Part shown: one piece after another, positions 11,301-24,437 of the stretch
How positions within the stretch are numbered: position 1 is the stretch's first letter
Layout of the letters: every line of letters begins with the position of its first letter
Assembly (NCBI RefSeq): GCF_009914755.1
Contig: NC_060934.1
Direction: 5' to 3' (one strand)
Source: the human T2T-CHM13v2.0 reference genome, Homo sapiens
Length of the DNA stretch: 64,000 bases
Translations under genes and position numbers: made by a program
Notes under the pieces: model-generated
Seen by the model: the letters and a program-made list of their open reading frames with translations, nothing else
Database searches by the model: none
Told to the model about the DNA's origin: nothing

Positions 11301-14300
11301 TGCAGATTTCAAGCGCTTCTAGGCCTATGGCAGAAAAGGAAATATCTTCGTATAAAAACTACACAGAATCATTCTCAACAACTACTTTGTGATGTGTGCG
11401 TTCAACTCACAGAGTTTAACCTTTCTTTTCATAGAGCAGTTTGGAAACACTCTGTTTGTAAAGCCTGCAAGTGCTTTTTTGGACTTCATTGAGGCCTTCG
11501 TTGGAAACGGGATTTCTTCATATAATGCTAGACAGAAGAATTCTCAGTCACTTCTTTGTGTTGTGTGTATTCAAGTCACAGAGTTGAACCTTCCTTTAGA
11601 CAGAGCAGTTTTGAAAAATTCTTTCTGTGGAGTTTGCAAGTGGAGATTTCAAGCGATTTGAGGCTAATCTTTGAAATGGAAATATCTTCGTGTAAAAACT
11701 ACACAGAATCATTCTCAGAAACTGCTTTGTCATCTGTGCGTTCAGTTCACAGAGTTTCACCTTTCTCTTCATAGAGCAGTTTGGAAAGACTCTGTCTGTA
11801 AAGTCTGCAAGTGATTAGTTAGACCCCTTTGAGGCCTTCGTTGGAAGCGGGATTTCTCATTTACTGCTAGACAGAAGAATTCTCAGTAAATCCTTTGTGT
11901 TGTGTGTATTCAACTCACAGAGTGGAACCTTCCTTTATTCAGAGCAGTTTTGAAAAACACTTTTTGTGGAATTTGCAAGTGGAGATTTCAAGCGATTTGA
12001 CGCCAATCTTAGACATGGAAATATCTTCATATTAAAAGTACACAGAGTCATTCGTAGAAACTAGTTTGTGATGTGTGCCTTCAACTCACAGAGTTTAACC
12101 TTTCTTTTCATAGAGCAGTTTGGAAACACTCTATTTGTAAAGTCTGCAAGTGGATATTTGGACCTCTTTGAGGCCTTCGTTGGAAACGGGATTTCTTCAT
12201 ACAACGCTAGACAGAAGAATTCTCAGTAACTTCTTTGTGTTGTGTGTATTCAACTCACAGAGTTGAACCTTTCTTTAGAGAGAGCAGAGTTGAAACACTC
12301 TGTTTTTGGAATTTGCAACTGCAGATTTCAAGCGATTCTAGGCCTATGGCAGAAAAGGAAATATCTTCGTATAAAAACTACACAGAATCATTCTCAACAA
12401 CTACTTTGTGATGTGTGCGTTCAACTCACAGAGTTTAACCTTTCTTTTCATAGAGCAGTTTGGAAACACTCTGTTTGTAAAGCCTGCAAGTGCTTTTTTG
12501 GACTTCATTGAGGCCTTCTTTGGAAACGGGATTTCTTCATGTAATGCTAGACAGAAGAATTCTCAGTCACTTCTTTGTGTTGTGTGTATTCAAGTCACAG
12601 AGTTGAACCTTCCTTTAGACAGAGCAGTTTTGAAAAATTCTTTCTGTGGAGTTTGCAAGTGGAGATTTCAAGCGATTTGAGGCTAATCTTTGAAATGGAA
12701 ATATCTTCGTGTAAAAACTACACAGAATCATTCTCAGAAACTGTTTTGTCGTCTGTGCGTTCAGTTCACAGAGTTTCACCTTTCTCTTCATAGAGCAGTT
12801 TGGAAAGACTCTGTCTGTAAAGTCTGCAAGTGATTAGTTAGACCCCTTTGAGGCCTTCGTTGGAAGCGGGATTTCTCATTTACTGCTAGACAGAAGAATT
12901 CTCAGTAAATCCTTTGTGTTGTGTGTATTCAACTCACAGAGTGGAACCTTCCTTTATTCAGAGCAGTTTTGAAACACTCTTTTTGTGGAATTTGCAAGTG
13001 GAGATTTCAAGCGATTTGACGCCAATCTTAGACATGGAAATATCTTCATATTAAAAGTACACAGAGTCATTCGTAGAAACTAGTTTGTGATGTGTGCCTT
13101 CAACTCACAGAGTTTAACCTTTCTTTTCATAGAGCAGTTGGGAAACACTCTATTTGTAAAGTCTGCAAGTGGATATTTGGACCTCTTTGAGGCCTTCGTT
13201 GGAAACGGGATTTCTTCATATAACACTAGACAGAAGAATTCTCAGTAACTTCTTTGTGTTGTGTGTATTCAACTCACAGAGTTGAACCTTTCTTTAGAGG
13301 GAGCAGAGGTGAAACACTCTTTTTGTGGAATTTGCTAGTGTAGATTTCAAACGCTTCGAAGACAGTGATAGAAAAGGATGTATCTTCGTATTAAAAGTAG
13401 ACAAAATCATTCTCAGAAAACTCTTTGTGATGTGTGTGTTCAACTCACAGAGTTTAACCTTTCTTTAATCGAGCAGTTTGGAAATACACTCTTTGTAAGT
13501 CTGCAGGTGGATATTTGGCCCTCTTTGAGCCCTTCGTTGGAAACGGGATTTCCTCATATAATGCTAGACAGAAGAATTCTCAGTAACTTCTTTGTGTTGT
13601 TTGTATTCAACACACAGATTTGAACCTTCCTTTAGAGAGAGCAGATTTGAAACACTCTGTTTTTGGAATTTGCAAGTGCAGATTTCAAGCGCTTCTAGGC
13701 CTATGGCAGAAAAGGAAATATCTTCGTATAAAAACTACACAGAATCATTCTCAACAACTACTTTGTGATGTGTGCGTTCAACTCACAGAGTTTAACCTTT
13801 CTTTTCATAGAGCAGTTTGGAAACACTCTGTTTGTAAAGCCTGCAAGTGCTTTTTTGGACTTCATTGAGGCCTTCGTTGGAAACGGGATTTCTTCATATA
13901 ATGCTAGACAGAAGAATTCTCAGTCACTTCTTTGTGTTGTGTGTATTCAAGTCACAGAGTTGAACCTTCCTTTAGACAGAGCAGTTTTGAAAAATTCTTT
14001 CTGTGGAGTTTGCAAGTGGAGATTTCAAGCGATTTGAGGCTAATCTTTGAAATGGAAATATCTTCGTGTAAAAACTACACAGAATCATTCTCAGAAACTG
14101 CTTTGTCCTCTGTGCGTTCAGTTCACAGAGTTTCACCTTTCTCTTCATAGAGCAGTTTGCAAAGACTCTGTCTGTAAAGTCTGCAAGTGATTAGTTAGAC
14201 CCCTTTGAGGCCTTCGTTGGAAGCGGGATTTCTCATTTACTGCTAGACAGAAGAATTCTCAGTAAATCCTTTGTGTTGTGTGTATTCAACTCACAGAGTG

Positions 14301-17300
14301 GAACCTTCCTTTATTCAGAGCAGTTTTGAAAAACACTTTTTGTGGAATTTGCAAGTGGAGATTTCAAGCGATTTGACGCCAATCTTAGACATGGAAATAT
14401 CTTCATATTAAAAGTACACAGAGTCATTCGTAGAAACTAGTTTGTGATGTGTGCCTTCAACTCACAGATTTTAAGCTTTCTTTTCATAGAGCAGTTTGGA
14501 AACACTCTATTTGTAAAGTCTGCAAGTGGATATTTGGACCTCTTTGAGGCCTTCGTTGGAAAAGGGATTTCTTCATACAACGCTAGACAGAAGAATTCTC
14601 AGTAACTTCTTTGTGTTGTGTGTATTCAACTCACAGAGTTGAACCTTTCTTTAGAGAGAGCAGAGTTGAAACACTCTGTTTTTGGAATTTGCAAGTGCAG
14701 ATTTCAAGCGATTCTAGGCCTATGGCAGAAAAGGAAATATCTTCGTATAAAAACTACACAGAATCATTCTCAACAACTACTTTGTGATGTGTGCGTTCAA
14801 CTCACAGAGTTTAACCTTTCTTTTCATAGAGCAGTTTGGAAACACTCTGTTTGTAAAGCCTGCAAGTGCTTTTTTGGACTTCATTGAGGCCTTCGTTGGA
14901 AACGGGATTTCTTCATGTAATGCTAGACAGAAGAATTCTCAGTCACTTCTTTGTGTTGTGTGTATTCAAGTCACAGAGTTGAACCTTCCTTTAGACAGAG
15001 CAGTTTTGAAAAATTCTTTCTGTGGAGTTTGCAAGTGGAGATTTCAAGCGATTTGAGGCTAATCTTTGAAATGGAAATATCTTCGTGTAAAAACTACACA
15101 GAATCATTCTCAGAAACTGCTTTGTCATCTGTGCGTTCAGTTCACAGAGTTTCACCTTTCTCTTCATAGAGCAGTTTGGAAAGACTCTGTCTGTAAAGTC
15201 TGCAAGTGATTAGTTAGACCCCTTTGAGGCCTTCGTTGGAAGCGGGATTTCTCATTTACTGCTAGACAGAAGAATTCTCAGTAAATCCTTTGTGTTGTGT
15301 GTATTCAACTCACAGAGTGGAACCTTCCTTTATTCAGAGCAGTTTTGAAACACTCTTTTTGTGGAATTTCCAAGTGGAGATTTCAAGCGATTTGACGCCA
15401 ATCTTAGACATGGAAATATCTTCATATTAAAAGTACACAGAGTCATTCGTAGAAACTAGTTTGTGATGTGTGCCTTCAACTCACAGAGTTTAACCTTTCT
15501 TTTCATAGAGCAGTTTGGAAACACTCTATTTGTAAAGTCTGCAAGTGGATATTTGGACCTCTTTGAGGCCTTCGTTGGAAACGGGATTTCTTCATATAAC
15601 GCTAGACAGAAGAATTCTCAGTAACTTCTTTGTGTTGTGTGTATTCAACTCACAGAGTTGAACCTTTCTTTAGAGGGAGCAGAGGTGAAACACTCTTTTT
15701 GTGGAATTTGCTAGTGTAGATTTCAAACGCTTCGAAGACAGTGATAGAAAAGGATATATCTTCGTATTAAAAGTAGACAAAATCATTCTCAGAAAACTCT
15801 TTGTGATGTGTGTGTTCAACTCACAGAGTTTAACCTTTCTTTAATCGAGCAGTTTGGAAATACACTCTTTGTAAGTCTGCAGGTGGATATTTGGCCCTCT
15901 TTGAGCCCTTCGTTGGAAACGGGATTTCCTCATATAATGCTAGACAGAAGAATTCTCAGTAACTTCTTTGTGTTGTTTGTATTCAACACACAGATTTGAA
16001 CCTTCCTTTAGAGAGAGCAGGTTTGAAACACTCTGTTTTTGGAATTTGCAAGTGCAGATTTCAAGCGCTTCTAGGCCTATGGCAGAAAAGGAAATATCTT
16101 CGTATAAAAACTACACAGAATCATTCTCAACAACTACTTTGTGATGTGTGCGTTCAACTCACAGAGTTTAACCTTTCTTTTCATAGAGCAGTTTGGAAAC
16201 ACTCTGTTTGTAAAGCCTGCAAGTGCTTTTTTGGACTTCATTGAGGCCTTCGTTGGAAACGGGATTTCTTCATATAATGCTAGACAGAAGAATTCTCAGT
16301 CACTTCTTTGTGTTGTGTGTATTCAAGTCACAGAGTTGAACCTTCCTTTAGACAGAGCAGTTTTGAAAAATTCTTTCTGTGGAGTTTGCAAGTGGAGATT
16401 TCAAGCGATTTGAGGCTAATCTTTGAAATGGAAATATCTTCGTGTAAAAACTACACAGAATCATTCTCAGAAACTGCTTTGTCATCTGTGCGTTCAGTTC
16501 ACAGAGTTTCACCTTTCTCTTCATAGAGCAGTTTGGAAAGACTCTGTCTGTAAAGTCTGCAAGTGATTAGTTAGAACCCTTTGAGGCCTTCGTTGGAAGC
16601 GGGATTTCTCATTTACTGCTAGACAGAAGAATTCTCAGTAAATCCTTTGTGTTGTGTGTATTCAACTCACAGAGTGGAACCTTCCTTTATTCAGAGCAGT
16701 TTTGAAACACTCTTTTTGTGGAATTTGCAAGTGGAGATTTCAAGCGATTTGACGCCAATCTTAGACATGGAAATATCTTCATATTAAAAGTACACAGAGT
16801 CATTCGTAGAAACTAGTTTGTGATGTGTGCCTTCAACTCACAGAGTTTAACCTTTCTTTTCATAGAGCAGTTGGGAAACACTCTATTTGTAAAGTCTGCA
16901 AGTGGATATTTGGACCTCTCTGAGGCCTTCGTTGGAAACGGGATTTCTTCATATAACGCTAGACAGAAGAATTCTCAGTAACTTCTTTGTGTTGTGTGTA
17001 TTCAACTCACAGAGTTGAACCTTTCTTTAGAGGGAGCAGAGGTGAAACACTCTTTTTGTGGAATTTGCTGGTGTAGATTTCAAACGCTTCGAAGACAGTG
17101 ATAGAAAAGGATATATCTTCGTATTAAAAGTAGACAAAATCATTCTCAGAAAACTCTTCGTGATGTGTGTGTTCAACTCACAGAGTTTAACCTTTCTTTA
17201 ATCGAGCAGTTTGGAAATACACTCTTTGTAAGTCTGCAGGTGGATATTTGGCCCTCTTTGAGCCCTTCGTTGGAAACGGGATTTCCTCATATAATGCTAG

Positions 17301-20300
17301 ACAGAAGAATTCTCAGTAACTTCTTCGTGTTGTTTGTATTCAACACACAGATTTGAACCTTCCTTTAGAGAGAGCAGATTTGAAACACTCTGTTTTTGGA
17401 ATTTGCAAGTGCAGATTTCAAGCGCTTCTAGGCCTATGGCAGAAAAGGAAATATCTTCGTATAAAAACTACACAGAATCATTCTCAACAACTACTTTGTG
17501 ATGTGTGCGTTCAACTCACAGAGTTTAACCTTTCTTTTCATAGAGCAGTTTGGAAACACTCTGTTTGTAAAGCCTGCAAGTGCTTTTTTGGACTTCATTG
17601 AAGCCTTCGTTGGAAACGGGATTTCTTCATATAATGCTAGACAGAAGAATTCTCAGTCACTTCTTTGTGTTGTGTGTATTCAAGTCACAGAGTTGAACCT
17701 TCCTTTAGACAGAGCAGTTTTGAAAAATTCTTTCTGTGGAGTTTGCAAGTGGAGATTTCAAGCGATTTGAGGCTAATCTTTGAAATGGAAATATCTTCGT
17801 GTAAAAACTACACAGAATCATTCTCAGAAACTGCTTTGTCATCTGAGCGTTCAGTTCACAGAGTTTCACCTTTCTCTTCATAGAGCAGTTTGGAAAGACT
17901 CTGTCTGTAAAGTCTGCAAGTGATTAGTTAGACCCCTTTGAGGCCTTCGTTGGAAGCGGGATTTCTCATTTACTGCTAGACAGAAGAATTCTCAGTAAAT
18001 CCTTTGTGTTGTGTGTATTCAACTCACAGAGTGGAACCTTCCTTTATTCAGAGCAGTTTTGAAAAACACTTTTTGTGGAATTTGCAAGTGGAGATTTCAA
18101 GCGATTTGACGCCAATCTTAGACATGGAAATATCTTCATATTAAAAGTACGCAGAGTCATTCGTAGAAACTAGTTTGTGATGTGTGCCTTCAACTCACAG
18201 AGTTTAACCTTTCTTTTCATAGAGCAGTTTGGAAACACTCTATTTGTAAAGTCTGCAAGTGGATATTTGGACCTCTTTGAGGCCTTCGTTGGAAACGGGA
18301 TTTCTTCATACAACGCTAGACAGAAGAATTCTCAGTAACTTCTTTGTGTTGTGTGTATTCAACTCACAGAGTTGAACCTTTCTTTAGAGAGAGCAGAGTT
18401 GAAACACTCTGTTTTTGGAATTTGCAACTGCAGATTTCAAGCGATTCTAGGCCTATGGCAGAAAAGGAAATATCTTCGTATAAAAACTACACAGAATCAT
18501 TCTCAACAACTACTTTGTGATGTGTGCGTTCAACTCACAGAGTTTAACCTTTCTTTTCATAGAGCAGTTTGGAAACACTCTGTTTGTAAAGCCTGCAAGT
18601 GCTTTTTTGGACTTCATTGAGGCCTTCGTTGGAAACGGGATTTCTTCATGTAATGCTAGACAGAAGAATTCTCAGTCACTTCTTTGTGTTGTGTGTATTC
18701 AAGTCACAGAGTTGAACCTTCCTTTAGACAGAGCAGTTTTGAAAAATTCTTTCTGTGGAGTTTGCAAGTGGAGATTTCAAGCGATTTGAGGCTAATCTTT
18801 GAAATGGAAATATCTTCGTGTAAAAACTACACAGAATCATTCTCAGAAACTGCTTTGTCATCTGTGCGTTCAGTTCACAGAGTTTCACCTTTCTCTTCAT
18901 AGAGCAGTTTGGAAAGACTCTGTCTGTAAAGTCTGCAAGTGATTAGTTAGAACCCTTTGAGGCCTTCGTTGGAAGCGGGATTTCTCATTTACTGCTAGAC
19001 AGAAGAATTCTCAGTAAATCCTTTGTGTTGTGTGTATTCAACTCACAGAGTGGAACCTTCCTTTATTCAGAGCAGTTTTGAAACACTCTTTTTGTGGAAT
19101 TTGCAAGTGGAGATTTCAAGCGATTTGACGCCAATCTTAGACATGGAAATATCTTCATATTAAAAGTACACAGAGTCATTCGTAGAAACTAGTTTGTGAT
19201 GTGTGCCTTCAACTCACAGAGTTTAACCTTTCTTTTCATAGAGCAGTTGGGAAACACTCTATTTGTAAAGTCTGCAAGTGGATATTTGGACCTCTTTGAG
19301 GCCTTCGTTGGAAACGGGATTTCTTCATATAACGCTAGACAGAAGAATTCTCAGTAACTTCTTTGTGTTGTGTGTATTCAACTCACAGAGTTGAACCTTT
19401 CTTTAGAGGGAGCAGAGGTGAAACACTCTTTTTGTGGAATTTGCTAGTGTAGATTTCAAACGCTTCGAAGACAGTGATAGAAAAGGATATATCTTCGTAT
19501 TAAAAGTAGACAAAATCATTCTCAGAAAACTCTTTGTGATGTGTGTGTTCAACTCACAGAGTTTCACCTTTCTTTAATCGAGCAGTTTGGAAATACACTC
19601 TTTGTAAGTCTGCAGGTGGATATTTGGCCCTCTTTGAGCCCTTCGTTGGAAACGGGATTTCCTCATATAATGCTAGACAGAAGAATTCTCAGTAACTTCT
19701 TTGTGTTGCTTGTATTCAACACACAGATTTGAACCTTCCTTTAGAGAGAGCAGATTTGAAACACTCTGTTTTTGGAATTTGCAAGTGCAGATTTCAAGCG
19801 CTTCTAGGCCTATGGCAGAAAAGGAAATATCTTCGTATAAAAACTACACAGAATCATTCTCAACAACTACTTTGTGATGGGTGCGTTCAACTCACAGAGG
19901 TTAACCTTTCTTTTCATAGAGCAGTTTGGAAACACTCTGTTTGTAAAGCCTGCAAGTGCTTTTTTGGACTTCATTGAGGCCTTCGTTGGAAACGGGATTT
20001 CTTCATATAATGCTAGACAGAAGAATTCTCAGTCACTTCTTTGTGTTGTGTGTATTCAAGTCACAGAGTTGAACCTTCCTTTAGACAGAGCAGTTTTGAA
20101 AAATTCTTTCTGTGGAATTTGCAAGTGGAGATTTCAAGCGATTTGAGGCTAATCTTTGAAATGGAAATATCTTCGTGTAAAAACTACACAGAATCATTCT
20201 CAGAAACTGCTTTGTCATCTGTGCGTTCAGTTCACAGAGTTTCACCTTTCTCTTCATAGAGCAGTTTGGAAAGACTCTGTCTGTAAAGTCTGCAAGTGAT

Positions 20301-23300
20301 TAGTTAGACCCCTTTGAGGCCTTCGTTGGAAGCGGGATTTCTCATTTACTGCTAGACAGAAGAATTCTCAGTAAATCCTTTGTGTTGTGTGTATTCAACT
20401 CACAGAGTGGAACCTTCCTTTATTCAGAGCAGTTTTGAAACACTCTTTTTGTGGAATTTGCAAGTGGAGATTTCAAGCGATTTGACGCCAATCTTAGACA
20501 TGGAAATATCTTCATATTAAAAGTACACGGAGTCATTCGTAGAAACTAGTTTGTGATGTGTGCCTTCAACTCACAGAGTTTAACCTTTCTTTTCATAGAG
20601 CAGTTGGGAAACACTCTATTTGTAAAGTCTGCAAGTGGATATTTGGACCTCTTTGAGGCCTTCGTTGGAAACGGGATTTCTTCATACAACGCTAGACAGA
20701 AGAATTCTCAGTAACTTCTTTGTGTTGTGTGTATTCAACTCACAGAGTTGAACCTTTCTTTAGAGAGAGCAGAGTTGAAACACTCTGTTTTTGGAATTTG
20801 CAAGTGCAGATTTCAAGCGATTCTAGGCCTATGGCAGAAAAGGAAATATCTTCGTATAAAAACTACACAGAATCATTCTCAACAACTACTTTGTGATGTG
20901 TGCGTTCAACTCACAGAGTTTAACCTTTCTTTTCATAGAGCAGTTTGGAAACACTCTGTTTGTAAAGCCTGCAAGTGCTTTTTTGGACTTCATTGAGGCC
21001 TTCGTTGGAAACGGGATTTCTTCATGTAATGCTAGACAGAAGAATTCTCAGTCACTTCTTTGTGTTGTGTGTATTCAAGTCACAGAGTTGAACCTTCCTT
21101 TAGACAGAGCAGTTTTGAAAAATTCTTTCTGTGGAGTTTGCAAGTGGAGATTTTAAGCGATTTGAGGCTAATCTTTGAAATGGAAATATCTTCGTGTAAA
21201 AACTACACAGAATCATTCTCAGAAACTGCTTTGTCATCTGTGCGTTCAGTTCACAGAGTTTCACCTTTCTCTTCATAGAGCAGTTTGGAAAGACTCTGTC
21301 TGTAAAGTCTGCAAGTGATTAGTTAGACCCCTTTGAGGCCTTCGTTGGAAGCGGGATTTCTCATTTACTGCTAGACAGAAGAATTCTCAGTAAATCCTTT
21401 GTGTTGTGTGTATTCAACTCACAGAGTGGAACCTTCCTTTATTCAGAGCAGTTTTGAAACACTCTTTTTGTGGAATTTGCAAGTGGAGATTTCAAGCGAT
21501 TTGACGCCAATCTTAGACATGGAAATATCTTCATATTAAAAGTACACAGAGTCATTCGTAGAAACTAGTTTGTGATGTGTGCCTTCAACTCACAGAGTTT
21601 AACCTTTCTTTTCATAGAGCAGTTGGGAAACACTCTATTTGTAAAGTCTGCAAGTGGATATTTGGACCTCTTTGAGGCCTTCGTTGGAAACGGGATTTCT
21701 TCATATAACGCTAGACAGAAGAATTCTCAGTAACTTCTTTGTGTTGTGTGTATTCAACTCACAGAGTTGAACCTTTCTTTAGAGGGAGCAGAGGTGAAAC
21801 ACTCTTTTTGTGGAATTTGCTAGTGTAGATTTCAAACGCTTCGAAGACAGTGATAGAAAAGGATATATCTTCGTATTAAAAGTAGACAAAATCATTCTCA
21901 GAAAACTCTTTGTGATGTGTGTGTTCAACTCACAGAGTTTAACCTTTCTTTAATCGAGCAGTTTGGAAATACACTCTTTGTAAGTCTGCAGGTGGATATT
22001 TGGCCCTCTTTGAGCCCTTCGTTGGAAACGGGATTTCCTCATATAATGCTAGACAGAAGAATTCTCAGTAACTTCTTTGTGTTGTTTGTATTCAACACAC
22101 AGATTTGAACCTTCCTTTAGAGAGAGCAGATTTGAAACGCTCTGTTTTTGGAATTTGCAAGTGCAGATTTCAAACGCTTCTAGGCCTATGGCAGAAAAGG
22201 AAATATCTTCGTATAAAAACTACACAGAATCATTCTCAACAACTACTTTGTGATGTGTGCGTTCAACTCACAGAGTTTAACCTTTCTTTTCATAGAGCAG
22301 TTTGGAAACACTCTGTTTGTAAAGCCTGCAAGTGCTTTTTTGGACTTCATTGAGGCCTTCGTTGGAAACGGGATTTCTTCATATAATGCTAGACAGAAGA
22401 ATTCTCAGTCACTTCTTTGTGTTGTGTGTATTCAAGTCACAGAGTTGAACCTTCCTTTAGACAGAGCAGTTTTGAAAAATTCTTTCTGTGGAGTTTGCAA
22501 GTGGAGATTTCAAGCGATTTGAGGCTAATCTTTGAAATGGAAATATCTTCGTGTAAAAACTACACAGAATCATTCTCAGAAACTGCTTTGTCATCTGTGC
22601 GTTCAGTTCACAGAGTTTCACCTTTCTCTTCATAGAGCAGTTTGGAAAGACTCTGTCTGTAAAGTCTGCAAGTGATTAGTTAGACCCCTTTGAGGCCTTC
22701 GTTGGAAGCGGGATTTCTCATTTACTGCTAGACAGAAGAATTCTCAGTAAATCCTTTGTGTTGTGTGTATTCAACTCACAGAGTGGAACCTTCCTTTATT
22801 CAGAGCAGTTTTGAAAAACACTTTTTGTGGAATTTGCAAGTGGAGATTTCAAGCGATTTGACGCCAATCTTAGACATGGAAATATCTTCATATTAAAAGT
22901 ACACAGAGTCATTCGTAGAAACTAGTTTGTGATGTGTGCCTTCAACTCACAGAGTTTAACCTTTCTTTTCATAGAGCAGTTTGGAAACACTCTATTTGTA
23001 AAGTCTGCAAGTGGATATTTGGACCTCTTTGAGGCCTTCGTTGGAAACGGGATTTCTTCATACAACACTAGACAGAAGAATTCTCAGTAACTTCTTTGTG
23101 TTGTGTGTATTCAACTCACAGAGTTGAACCTTTCTTTAGAGAGAGCAGAGTTGAAACACTCTGTTTTTGGAATTTGCAAGTGCAGATTTCAAGCGATTCT
23201 AGGCCTATGGCAGAAAAGGAAATATCTTCGTATAAAAACTACACAGAATCATTCTCAACAACTACTTTGTGATGTGTGCGTTCAACTCACAGAGTTTAAC

Positions 23301-24097
23301 CTTTCTTTTCATAGAGCAGTTTGGAAACACTCTGTTTGTAAAGCCTGCAAGTGCTTTTTTGGACTTCATTGAGGCCTTCGTTGGAAACGGGATTTCTTCA
23401 TGTAATGCTAGACAGAAGAATTCTCAGTCACTTCTTTGTGTTGTGTGTATTCAAGTCACAGAGTTGAACCTTCCTTTAGACAGAGCAGTTTTGAAAAATT
23501 CTTTCTGTGGAGTTTGCAAGTGGAGATTTCAAGCGATTTGAGGCTAATCTTTGAAATGGAAATATCTTCGTGTAAAAACTACACAGAATCATTCTCAGAA
23601 ACTGCTTTGTCATCTGTGCGTTCAGTTCACAGAGTTTCACCTTTCTCTTCATAGAGCAGTTTGGAAAGACTCTGTCTGTAAAGTCTGCAAGTGATTAGTT
23701 AGACCCCTTTGAGGCCTTCGTTGGAAGCGGGATTTCTCATTTACTGCTAGACAGAAGAATTCTCAGTAAATCCTTTGTGTTGTGTGTATTCAACTCACAG
23801 AGTGGAACCTTCCTTTATTCAGAGCAGTTTTGAAACACTCTTTTTGTGGAATTTGCAAGTGGAGATTTCAAGCGATTTGACGCCAATCTTAGACATGGAA
23901 ATATCTTCATATTAAAAGTACACAGAGTCATTCGTAGAAACTAGTTTGTGATGTGTGCCTTCAACTCACAGAGTTTAACCTTTCTTTTCATAGAGCAGTT
24001 GGGAAACACTCTATTTGTAAAGTCTGCAAGTGGATATTTGGACCTCTTTGAGGCCTTCGTTGGAAACGGGATTTCTTCATAAAACGCTAGACAGAAG

Positions 24098-24437
24098 AAT
24101 TCTCAGTAACTTCTTTGTGTTGTGTGTATTCAACTCACAGAGTTGAACCTTTCTTTAGAGGGAGCAGAGGTGAAACACTCTTTTTGTGGAATTTGCTAGT
24201 GTAGATTTCAAACGCTTCGAAGACAGTGATAGAAAAGGATATATCTTCGTATTAAAAGTAGACAAAATCATTCTCAGGAAACTCTTTGTGATGTGTGTGT
24301 TCAACTCACAGAGTTTAACCTTTCTTTTCATAGAGCAGTTTGGAAACACTCTGTTTGTAAAGCCTGCAAGTGCTTTTTTGGACTTCATTGAGGCCTTCGT
24401 TGGAAACGGGATTTCTTCATACAACGCTAGACAGAAG
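24098..24437 (+). repeat. Lone hybrid dimer (A start, B second monomer, D-type tail)
   Basis: The A-type first monomer (GAGGGAGCAGAGGTG, GCTAGTGTAG) is followed by B-type TTTCATAGAGC...AAAGCCTGC...GACTTCATTG and ends in CATACAACGCT before a B'. Confidence 0.85.
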
